A stretch of DNA of 12,697 nt from a bacterium (GCA_049472355.1 JBLIRP010000103.1:1-12697), one strand, 5' to 3'; counted from the first letter of the stretch, positions 1 through 7,072 are shown. Notes: a model not told the origin generated them from the sequence alone. Made by a program: numbers and translations.

Positions 1-134
1 ATAGTGTGCATAACGATATCAATGAATGCAGTAAAGTAAGTAATTTCGGGGATCGCCGTCTAAATAGGTGAAAATGAGATAATTAAGCGAGGTTTAAAGG
101 TTTTTGCAGTTGTATTTATAGGAGGTGACGTGAG

Positions 135-242
135 ATGTTACAGAGACTGATGAATATGGAAGCCTATGAAAAGGTAATTATCCTTTGCTGCGGCTCTTTC
201 AGCATGCTCATCCTGATTCTGCTTCTCAGGCAAGGGTTTTAA
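135..242 (+). CDS. Putative 35-aa small membrane protein (MLQRLMNMEAYEKVIILCCGSFSMLILILLLRQGF), absent from the ORF track
   Basis: Hand translation ATG135-TAA242. Shine-Dalgarno TAGGAGGTGA at 119-128 lies 6 nt before the ATG. An uncharged hydrophobic stretch of about 18 residues (VIILCCGSFSMLILILLL) is flanked by K and R. Confidence 0.6.
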   Translation: MLQRLMNMEAYEKVIILCCGSFSMLILILLLRQGF

Positions 243-392
243 ATATCCCCTGTGATTGTTGGCACACGTGTGGTGTCACGGATCAGGCAATGAGAAAAAA
301 ACCACGGACTGTCCAGCGCCCGAAAATCGGAAAGTCGTCAATGCTGTAAAATCAACGGGAAGGCTGAACAGTCTTTTTTTTGCCAGTGGAAT

Positions 393-570
393 TGGGGTCA
401 GGTCTTGAATTATCAGTTTTTGCTCCGAAAATAGATTTTCGTTTTTCGTGGTGGGCCGAAGGTCCATGAGGGTTTGTCTTGAAAATAGAATCATATTTTC
501 ATGCTTCGTGATGTCACAAGGTGGCATAAGCGTTTGTTCCAAAAAACTGTCATTTCAAGACCTGACCCCA
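393..570. mobile_element. MITE/REP-like non-coding element bounded by terminal inverted repeats
   Basis: TGGGGTCAGGTCTTGAA (393-409) is the exact reverse complement of TTCAAGACCTGACCCCA (554-570). The match extends inward to 26/29 nt (393-421 vs 542-570). No transposase inside. Confidence 0.6.
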
Positions 571-595
571 CTTTGTGTTTGACCCCACTTTGTGT
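563..595. repeat. 16-nt tandem direct repeat at the right end of the element
   Basis: TGACCCCACTTTGTGT at 563-578 and 580-595 (period 17). Confidence 0.9.
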
Positions 596-628
596 GATTC
601 ACCCATCGAATGCCTCCCGCCGTTTATC

Positions 629-657
629 TTGACACACATCAAGGCATCCTATAATAT
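629..657 (+). promoter_or_regulatory. Sigma70-type promoter for the lipoprotein-RACo unit
   Basis: TTGACA at 629-634, followed by TATAAT at 650-655 (15-nt spacer) or TAATAT at 652-657 (17-nt spacer). Confidence 0.7.
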
Positions 658-826
658 AGAAATTTGTATATTCCTTTGATATCGGCCCCATGGCCCTTTC
701 CTTCAAAGGCATCGATGTCGTCAACATATTCTAATGATATGGTGGCCCGGCATGCTACCGGGGAACGCCGCACTGGTTTCCATTTCGATTCCCACAAGAG
801 ATGAGACCTGATGAGAGGAGATTCGT

Positions 827-1807
827 ATGTACTATCGAATGCTGAGGCGATGGCTCCTTGCCGTATGCATCATTGCGGTATTGTCCGCCGGTTGTGCCAC
901 CGTTCACACCTGCAATTATCGCGAAATCGTCGGGGAATGCTCGGGGAAGACGAAGGAAGACGAGGTGATTTGCCGCGGATTGGGCTGGCTCTTCGAGCAT
1001 CCTGTGGATATAGAAAAGGATGGATTTTTGGAACTCGGCGAAGAGATAAACCTCTTCTATAAATTCTATTTAAAGGCAGAAGATAGCAGGGAGAGGAAAT
1101 TCTTTCACTCGCTGCTCGAAACAAAGGTCGATTATCTGCTCACCGAGCATGATCTCAAGGTCGACTTTGCAGGAGAGGTTACGGGATACCTGAATTTTGC
1201 AAAGATCATGAAGAGGATGGGGATCAAAAGACCGGGATACGACCGGTTCATCGAAGAAGAGATCCTCCCCAATCCCATGACCTATCCCCCCAATATCACC
1301 TATACCATCCTCAATTCCGCCCTGGTCGAGGATATCGGCGCCACCCCCAGGGTCAACTTCGGGAGCCTGGTCAGCCAGGGGGTCATCGCACGTTTCACCA
1401 GTCAACCGGGATTGATGCCCATCGGCAAGGCCTACGCCTCGGACAACGACATCATGAATTTTTTCTATGACATCACCCATGAGGTCTTCGCCGTTTCAAA
1501 TTTCGGTGACCGTGACCCCCGGCAGTATCTGCTGGATGATGAGACACAGTTTCTGCGCTCCCTCATACCGCAGGGAATAGCCAAATATCTGGAAGACGGC
1601 CAGGTGGACATCCTTGCGGAGCTGATCATATGCGCAAAGATGCTCGAGTATACGGATTTTTACAATTACGAGGAGGGAATCCGGTACATCCTGAATGCGC
1701 AAAAGGAGGATGGATCATTTGGACGTATCGAGAGGATGGCGTTTCTGGGTCGCCCCAATCTCTACCGGCACGGGGTGCTGGTATCCCTGTGGGCGCTCGT
1801 GGAGTAA
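827..1807 (+). CDS. Hypothetical lipoprotein with a DUF6895-like, probably alpha-helical toroid C-terminal domain
   Basis: 326-aa ORF with RBS GAGGAG. The signal peptide (RMLRR plus hydrophobic core) ends in lipobox LSAG-C23. C-terminal motifs YDITHEVF, DILAELIIC, AQKEDGSFG (resembling the QxxDGSW repeat of prenyltransferase/squalene cyclase folds) and YRHGVLVSL resemble DUF6895; the family call is from memory. Confidence 0.7.
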   Translation: MYYRMLRRWLLAVCIIAVLSAGCATVHTCNYREIVGECSGKTKEDEVICRGLGWLFEHPVDIEKDGFLELGEEINLFYKFYLKAEDSRERKFFHSLLETKVDYLLTEHDLKVDFAGEVTGYLNFAKIMKRMGIKRPGYDRFIEEEILPNPMTYPPNITYTILNSALVEDIGATPRVNFGSLVSQGVIARFTSQPGLMPIGKAYASDNDIMNFFYDITHEVFAVSNFGDRDPRQYLLDDETQFLRSLIPQGIAKYLEDGQVDILAELIICAKMLEYTDFYNYEEGIRYILNAQKEDGSFGRIERMAFLGRPNLYRHGVLVSLWALVE

Positions 1808-1825
1808 CAAGGAGAGCAGCACACC

Positions 1826-3769
1826 ATGAAGCCCGTGATGTGTCGCATCACCGTTTCCCCGGACGGCAGGAGCATCGAGGTGCCCAAGGGGAGCAACCTC
1901 CTGAGCGGCCTCCTGGATGCGGGGATTGAAATCTCCGCTTCGTGCGGAGGGCAGGGGACCTGCGGCAAGTGCAAGGTCATCATCGAATCAGGGGAATATA
2001 ACGCCGGCGCCACCCCCTTTTTGAACAAAAAGGAGGTGGCCCAGGGGTATGCCCTCGCCTGCCTCACCCTGGTGGAGGGTGACCTGAGCATCACCATTCC
2101 GCCTGCCTCGCGTGCGGAGGGGAAGCGGATCATCATCGGCGAGGCTGAAACCATCATCAATGAACGATGGGGAATCGGCGCCTGGGACATCAATCCCAGA
2201 ACAAAGAGCTACGACCTGTCTCTTGCTCCTCCCAGTCTCGAAGACAACCGCAGCGATCTGGACCGCATCGCCTCGGCACTGGTGGTACAGGGATGTTGTG
2301 AAAAGGCACGGTTCATCAATTGCCCCCTCCCCCTTCTGGGGAAGCTGGCACGACAGCTCCGGGAGGGGGAATGGAAGGTGACCGCGACCGTGATGGAGCT
2401 TTCCAGCGAGATCGAGATCATCGACATCCAGCCTGGGAGGTCGGACCTTCACCATTACGGACTGGCCATCGATGTGGGGACCACCACCGTGGTGTGCCAT
2501 CTGGTCGATCTGCTCGAAGGGCGCATCGTGGCCAGCGCGGCCGATTACAATGCGCAGATCAACTTCGGTGAGGACATTATCTCCAGGATCATCTATGCAC
2601 GTTCCAAAACAGGGCTGGACAAACTCCAGAAGATGGTCATCGCCACCATCAACCGGCTCATCGATCAGATCGCCAGGGCCGAGGACCTCTCACCCGACCG
2701 GATCGACAATGTCATAGCGGTGGGGAATACCACCATGATGCACCTGCTGCTGGGCATCAATCCCCGGTACATCCGGCAGGAGCCCTATATCCCGACCTTT
2801 TCCACCATCCCCCACTATATGAAGGCATCGGAGATCGGTTTGCAGGTCAACAGGAACGCCTATATGGGAGGCCTGCCGTCAATAGCGGGTTTCGTGGGCT
2901 CGGATATCACCGCCGGTATCCTGGCCACCGGGATCTCCCATTTGTCCGAATTGAGCGTGTTCATCGACATCGGGACCAACGGTGAGATCGTGGTCGGCAA
3001 CAAGGACTGGCTGGTGGCGGCCTCCTGCTCCGCGGGCCCGGCATTTGAAGGGGGCGAGGTGAAGTTCGGGATGCGGGCATCCTCGGGTGCGATCGATTCC
3101 GTAAAGATATACCCGGACACCCTGGAACCCGCCATAGGGGTTATACAGAAAATGCGTCCCCGGGGCATTTGCGGCTCGGGCATACTTGACTGCCTGGCGG
3201 AGCTGTTTTTGAGCGGTATTGTGGACCGGAAGGGAAAGATCCGTCACGAGATCTCCCATCCGAGGATCAGGAAGGGTGAGGATGGGTGGGAGTATGTGAT
3301 CGCCTGGGAGGGAGAGACCGCCATAGGCAAGGACATATGCATGACCGAGGTCGACATCGACAATATCATCAGGGCAAAGGGGGCGGTGTTTGCGGCCATC
3401 AGGGTATTGCTGCAGGAGATCGGTTATTCCGTCGATCAGGTGGATCGTTTCATGATCGCTGGCGGTTTCGGGCACTGCCTGAATATCGAAAATGCCATAT
3501 CCATCGGGCTGCTCCCCGACCTGCCCCTGGAGCGGTTTCGCTTTCTCGGCAACAGCGCCATCATCGGGGCGTACCTTTCACTCATCTCGGAGGACCTGAA
3601 GAGGGAGATACACCAGGTGGCGAAGGGGGTAACCTACGTGGAGCTGAGCACCTCCCGTGACTTCATGGATGAGTACGTCTCCGCCCTGTTTCTGCCCCAC
3701 ACCGACCAGACACTCTTCCCCGGTGTCATCCCCCGTATGAATACAACAGTGCATCGCGGGAGTGCGTGA
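1826..3769 (+). CDS. [2Fe-2S] ferredoxin-ASKHA ATPase, reductive activator of corrinoid proteins (RACo/AcsV, DUF4445 family)
   Basis: 647 aa. N-terminal CGGQGTCGKC...LAC [2Fe-2S] motif. ASKHA/RACo motifs DVGTTT, DIGTNGE, SAGPAFEG, GICGSG and AGGFG. C-terminal ALFLPHTD. RBS AAGGAG upstream. Confidence 0.9.
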   Translation: MKPVMCRITVSPDGRSIEVPKGSNLLSGLLDAGIEISASCGGQGTCGKCKVIIESGEYNAGATPFLNKKEVAQGYALACLTLVEGDLSITIPPASRAEGKRIIIGEAETIINERWGIGAWDINPRTKSYDLSLAPPSLEDNRSDLDRIASALVVQGCCEKARFINCPLPLLGKLARQLREGEWKVTATVMELSSEIEIIDIQPGRSDLHHYGLAIDVGTTTVVCHLVDLLEGRIVASAADYNAQINFGEDIISRIIYARSKTGLDKLQKMVIATINRLIDQIARAEDLSPDRIDNVIAVGNTTMMHLLLGINPRYIRQEPYIPTFSTIPHYMKASEIGLQVNRNAYMGGLPSIAGFVGSDITAGILATGISHLSELSVFIDIGTNGEIVVGNKDWLVAASCSAGPAFEGGEVKFGMRASSGAIDSVKIYPDTLEPAIGVIQKMRPRGICGSGILDCLAELFLSGIVDRKGKIRHEISHPRIRKGEDGWEYVIAWEGETAIGKDICMTEVDIDNIIRAKGAVFAAIRVLLQEIGYSVDQVDRFMIAGGFGHCLNIENAISIGLLPDLPLERFRFLGNSAIIGAYLSLISEDLKREIHQVAKGVTYVELSTSRDFMDEYVSALFLPHTDQTLFPGVIPRMNTTVHRGSA

Positions 3770-3790
3770 TGCACGTGCCGGGTCCGGCGT

Positions 3791-3988
3791 TTACGTTTTG
3801 TGGAGGCTCACGAACCTCCTGATGCTGCGGTCATAGGTTCGTTCGACATCATCGGGAAAGAAACAGGCGGGCAGCTCGTTCATTCGCTGGTGATACCGTA
3901 TGCATTCGCAGCAGATCCCCTTTCGCGGGCAGGGTTCGTAGGTGCAGTTGCAATGGGCCTTGTTCGTTTCTATGTTGCAGCCTTTCAT
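3791..3988 (-). CDS. Small Cys-rich protein, DUF6485-like, probably metal-binding
   Basis: 65 aa with 8 Cys; pattern [21 protein letters not shown]...ELPACFFP...ERTYDRS. RBS GGAGGGG upstream. Confidence 0.8.
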   Translation of the reverse strand: MKGCNIETNKAHCNCTYEPCPRKGICCECIRYHQRMNELPACFFPDDVERTYDRSIRRFVSLHKT

Positions 3989-3989
3989 C

Positions 3990-4015
3990 TGAAAATCCCC
4001 TCCGGGGCATTTTCA
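3990..4015 (-). promoter_or_regulatory. Hairpin overlapping the RBS of the DUF6485-like gene
   Basis: The mRNA reads UGAAAAU-G-CCCC-GGA-GGGG-AUUUUCA-G-AUG: an 11-bp stem with one bulge, with the SD in the loop and 3' arm. Confidence 0.5.
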
Positions 4016-4047
4016 TGCCTCTTTGTGAGCCGAAGTCTCATCTGCGT

Positions 4048-4094
4048 TTCACTTCTACATTCACTTCTACATTATTCATTCTACATTCTACATT
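4048..4094. repeat. Short tandem repeat tract (TTCTACATT x4)
   Basis: TTCTACATT at 4053, 4065, 4079 and 4086. Exact 12-mer TTCACTTCTACA at 4048-4059 and 4060-4071. Confidence 0.9.
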
Positions 4095-4171
4095 CGCAGT
4101 TTCATCCGGCTCATGTGCCTTTCATCACTCCTCCTGTTTGGGCACTCGTCCGGCGGAATCCTCGTGAAGGG

Positions 4172-5122
4172 CTACAGCCCCTCCCGTTCCAGTTGCTTGA
4201 AAATCTCCCTTTGCTCCCTGCTCAATGAGGTGGGGGTTTTCACCATGACCCGGACGAACAGGTCCCCCTTGTCCGACGACTTGAATTTGGGCATGCCTTG
4301 CCCTTTGAGTCGCATGAGGGTGTGGCTCTGGATGCCTGCCGGCACCTTGAGCTTCCGGTTCCCTTCCATGGTGGGCACCTCCATGGTGGCGCCCAGGGCG
4401 GCCTGGCTGAAGCTTATGCTGCGGTCGATGTGGAGGTCCGACCCTGACGGCTTGAACAGGGGATGCGGCGCGATGTCGACCTTCAAGTAGAGATCGCCGG
4501 GTTTGCCTCCGGGCCCCGGCGCCGGTTGCCCTTGTCCGGCAAGGCGGATCTTTTGACCGCTGTGAATCCCCTTGGGGATTTCCACCGTCACCTGGCGGGT
4601 TTGATTCCCCTGGCGAATGGACATGGATCTCCTGGTCCCGTGATATGCATCCTCGAGACTGATCTTGATGTGAGAGATGGCGTCCCGGCCGGAGAGGGGT
4701 TGGCGCGGACCAGCGCCCCCCGCCTGTTGTCCGAAGATATCCGACCAGTCCTGATAGTGTCCCCTTTTGGCCCGTGAGGCCCCGGTCCTGGCTCGCCGGA
4801 ACCCCCCGCCGAAGAGGTCGCCCAGGTCGAAGCCGAATTCCTTGAAGATCGTCCCTGCATCAAAGCCGCGGAAGATGTCCTCCTGGGTGAATCGCTGGTG
4901 GAATTCGGCGGAACCGAAGCGGTCATACTGGGCCCTTTTTTCCTTGTCGCTCAGCACCGCATACGCCTCGCTGATCTGCTTGAATTGTTCCTCCGCCTGC
5001 GGATTGTCCTTGTTTCTGTCGGGGTGGTATTTCAAGGCGAGCTTTCTGTAGGCCTTTTTGATCTCATCCGCAGAGGCGTTCTTGTCGACCCCGAGGGTCT
5101 TGTAGTAATCGGTTTCAGCCAT
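4172..5122 (-). CDS. DnaJ-class co-chaperone, CbpA-like (J domain, G/F region, C-terminal domain; no zinc finger)
   Basis: 316 aa. DYYKTLGV...[16 protein letters not shown] with the HPD motif, F/G-rich DIF segments and C-terminal GDLYL/GDLFV motifs. No CxxCxGxG repeats. Confidence 0.92.
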   Translation of the reverse strand: MAETDYYKTLGVDKNASADEIKKAYRKLALKYHPDRNKDNPQAEEQFKQISEAYAVLSDKEKRAQYDRFGSAEFHQRFTQEDIFRGFDAGTIFKEFGFDLGDLFGGGFRRARTGASRAKRGHYQDWSDIFGQQAGGAGPRQPLSGRDAISHIKISLEDAYHGTRRSMSIRQGNQTRQVTVEIPKGIHSGQKIRLAGQGQPAPGPGGKPGDLYLKVDIAPHPLFKPSGSDLHIDRSISFSQAALGATMEVPTMEGNRKLKVPAGIQSHTLMRLKGQGMPKFKSSDKGDLFVRVMVKTPTSLSREQREIFKQLEREGL

Positions 5123-5233
5123 AATCTCTTACTCGTCGCCGCTCCCTGTATTCAAAACAGGGGGCGGCGGGAAAAATATGAACGACCGGTACATCGTCAC
5201 CGGTCTTCGGGAATCATATGCCCTTGCGCCCTT

Positions 5234-5263
5234 ATGCTACCATAACCGGTGAAAGGGATGCAA
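5234..5263 (-). promoter_or_regulatory. Candidate sigma70 promoter for the dnaJ-like gene
   Basis: Minus strand TTGCAT (5263-5258), 18 nt, TAGCAT (5239-5234), with an extended -10 TG. Confidence 0.4.
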
Positions 5264-5347
5264 TCGGGATGAAACGATCCCTGCCCGAAGGTCCAAAATC
5301 AGAATTGCAGAAACGATACCGGAAATCTTGGAGAAAAGGGGCGGGAG

Positions 5348-6343
5348 CTATGCGGGGATTTCAGTGGACAGGGAGAGGAGTGACCTGGTTATGGTCAGGA
5401 TCTCCTTCCTCACGTAGTGAAGGCTTCCCTTCATCTTGATACCGGCTGCATTGGGGTGGCCCCCTCCGCCGAGCCGTTGGGCAATCTGCGATACGTCAAG
5501 TCTCCCCTTCGATCGCAGGCTGACCTTGAATTCCCCCTCATCGAGTTCCTTTATCAGGATGGATATCCGAATGCTCGCGATCTTTTGAGGGATCACCACC
5601 AATTCCTCCGTGTCCTCGTAAGTTGCATTGAGATTCTCCATCAATTCCCTGGTTACCGTGAGAAGGGCGACGTTTTGATCGTGATGGATCTCCATGTTGG
5701 ACAAGACGTGCCCCATGAGCCGAATCGCCGGAAGGGATTTGCGGTCGTAAACCGCCGATGATATGGCGTGGGGATCCGCCTTTGCCCTGACCAGTTGGCC
5801 GGCAATGTCAAGACACCGGGCGGTGGTGTTCGAATATTGAAATGATCCCGTATCCGTGAGGATTCCTGTGTAGAGATTGGCGGCGATAAACGGGTCGATG
5901 GCCACGGCCAGGCATTGAAGCAGGTCGAAGATCATCTCCGAGGTTGCGGAGGCGCCCGGATCCACCCAGTTGACATGGCCGAACCCTGTATTGCTTACGT
6001 GATGGTCGATATTGATGACCAGCGGGGGGGGATGGGGAATGAAGGAGATGCCGGTTCGTTCAAGGTTGCCGCAGTCAAGGACGACCAGGATATCACCCTG
6101 CCCGATACGAACGGAGCGTGAAGGGATCAGCAACTCCGTGCCAGGGAGAAAGTCATAGATGGAGGGCACAGGGTCCTTACAGCGGATCTGGTTCTTGACG
6201 CCCAGCTTTTTCAACCCCAGGGCAAGACCGATTTGCGCACCGAGGGAATCCCCGTCCGGATTCTCGTGGCTCACGATCACACAGGAGGAACAGCCCTTGA
6301 TCTTCCGGACGATCGGTGTGATATCAGGGGGAAAGCCACTCAT
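5348..6343 (-). CDS. nrnA: DHH/DHHA1 phosphoesterase, bifunctional oligoribonuclease/pAp phosphatase NrnA-like
   Basis: 331 aa. Motifs HENPDGD, LDC, NIDHH, TDTG, SLRS and GGGHPNAAG. ATGA overlap with the rbfA stop; usual position after rbfA. Confidence 0.88.
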   Translation of the reverse strand: MSGFPPDITPIVRKIKGCSSCVIVSHENPDGDSLGAQIGLALGLKKLGVKNQIRCKDPVPSIYDFLPGTELLIPSRSVRIGQGDILVVLDCGNLERTGISFIPHPPPLVINIDHHVSNTGFGHVNWVDPGASATSEMIFDLLQCLAVAIDPFIAANLYTGILTDTGSFQYSNTTARCLDIAGQLVRAKADPHAISSAVYDRKSLPAIRLMGHVLSNMEIHHDQNVALLTVTRELMENLNATYEDTEELVVIPQKIASIRISILIKELDEGEFKVSLRSKGRLDVSQIAQRLGGGGHPNAAGIKMKGSLHYVRKEILTITRSLLSLSTEIPA

Positions 6344-6705
6344 CCCTCAGGAGCCTCTTCATCCTTTTTCAATTCAGCCAGGATATCCATGATATGGGCG
6401 CTGCGCTTGATCGACTCGTCGATATGGAACTCTATGACCGGGGTGTAGCGCAATTTCATCTTTTTGAGGGCAAGCTGCCGCTGGATAAAACCTCGGGCGT
6501 GCCGGAGGCCGGTGAGAATGGTTTCCGTCTCCTCCTGCCGAAAGGGGCTGATATAGACATGTGCGTGCCTCAGATCCTGCGTAATGTCCACCCTGGTTAT
6601 GCTCATCATGCCAAGTCGCGGGTCCTTGACCTCATCCCTGAGGATGTTGGCGATCTCTTCCCGGATCACCACGCTGATTCGATTGGTTCGCTTGTATGAT
6701 TCCAT
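6340..6705 (-). CDS. rbfA: 30S ribosome-binding factor A
   Basis: Start corrected to ATG 6705 (MESYKRTNRIS...), preceded by SD GGAGGAGGGG; 121 aa. Motifs VKDPRL, VDITQDLRHAHVY, LRYTPVIEFHIDES. Confidence 0.95.
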   Translation of the reverse strand: MESYKRTNRISVVIREEIANILRDEVKDPRLGMMSITRVDITQDLRHAHVYISPFRQEETETILTGLRHARGFIQRQLALKKMKLRYTPVIEFHIDESIKRSAHIMDILAELKKDEEAPEG

Positions 6706-6793
6706 GGTCCCCTCCTCCCCTACACCCCGGAATCGTTTCATTGCTTTCCGTGGCAGGTCGTGCCGGCCAAGAGGAGGACTATGCGCGGGCCCA

Positions 6794-7072
6794 TCATATG
6801 AACTCGATGAAATAATCGGTGAGCACAACATCAGGTGTGGATTCGACAACCCCCACCACGTGATTCAGCACCTGATCAATCCTGACGCGATCCTTGTTGA
6901 TACATGCTATGCCGATGACCGACCTCTGCCACTTGTCAAGGGCATCCAGCTCTGCAACCGAGACATTGAACCGGCTCCTGATCCTGTCCTTGAGCCCCTT
7001 GACAATCTTTCTTTTCCCCTTGAGGGAGGCTATGGCCGGCAGATGAATATGGATCTCGCACACACCGATCAT
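6794..7072 (-). CDS. DUF503 (YlxP-like) protein
   Basis: MIGVCEIHIHLP..SLKGKRKIVK.LKDRIRSRFNVSVAE..D.WQRS.IG is the family pattern, at its usual position between infB and rbfA. Start is ATG 7072 or possibly 7090. Confidence 0.88.
   Translation of the reverse strand: MIGVCEIHIHLPAIASLKGKRKIVKGLKDRIRSRFNVSVAELDALDKWQRSVIGIACINKDRVRIDQVLNHVVGVVESTPDVVLTDYFIEFI

Noticed and set aside
251..274. CRP/FNR-like TGTGA-N6-GCACA, palindrome CACACGTGTG and a sigma54-like TGGCAC
   Set aside because: The sigma54 -12 TTGC is missing. The CRP-like site is about 360 bp from the nearest identified promoter, with no supporting context.
276..542. 88-aa minus-strand ORF containing QDLTP
   Set aside because: It lies across the inverted-repeat element, and QDLTP is simply the translated repeat. 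It has a TTG start, no RBS and no recognisable domain.
735..775. GGTGG...CTACCGGGGAACG resembling part of a ZTP riboswitch
   Set aside because: The GACTGGCG loop and the 3' CGCCTGGGC pseudoknot partner are absent.
690..811. Two overlapping mini-ORFs in the leader (MALSFKGIDVVNIF; MIWWPGML... with tandem Trp)
   Set aside because: Neither has an RBS, there is no attenuator terminator, and the downstream genes are unrelated to tryptophan.
4048..4094. TTCTAC repeats reminiscent of a Cas12a repeat stem
   Set aside because: The units are 7-14 nt apart with no spacers and no complementary GTAGA arm, and no cas genes are present.
4138..4166. GGCACTC resembling a CIRCE half-site next to the dnaJ-like gene
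   Set aside because: The second half-site GAGTGCTAA after 9 nt is missing, and the site is downstream of the gene.
6706..6849. N-terminal extension of RbfA in the ORF track (likewise RimP 11086-11187 and DUF503 7091-7153)
   Set aside because: Strong SD sequences or family-typical N-termini mark later starts; the extensions overlap neighbouring genes or RNA hairpins.
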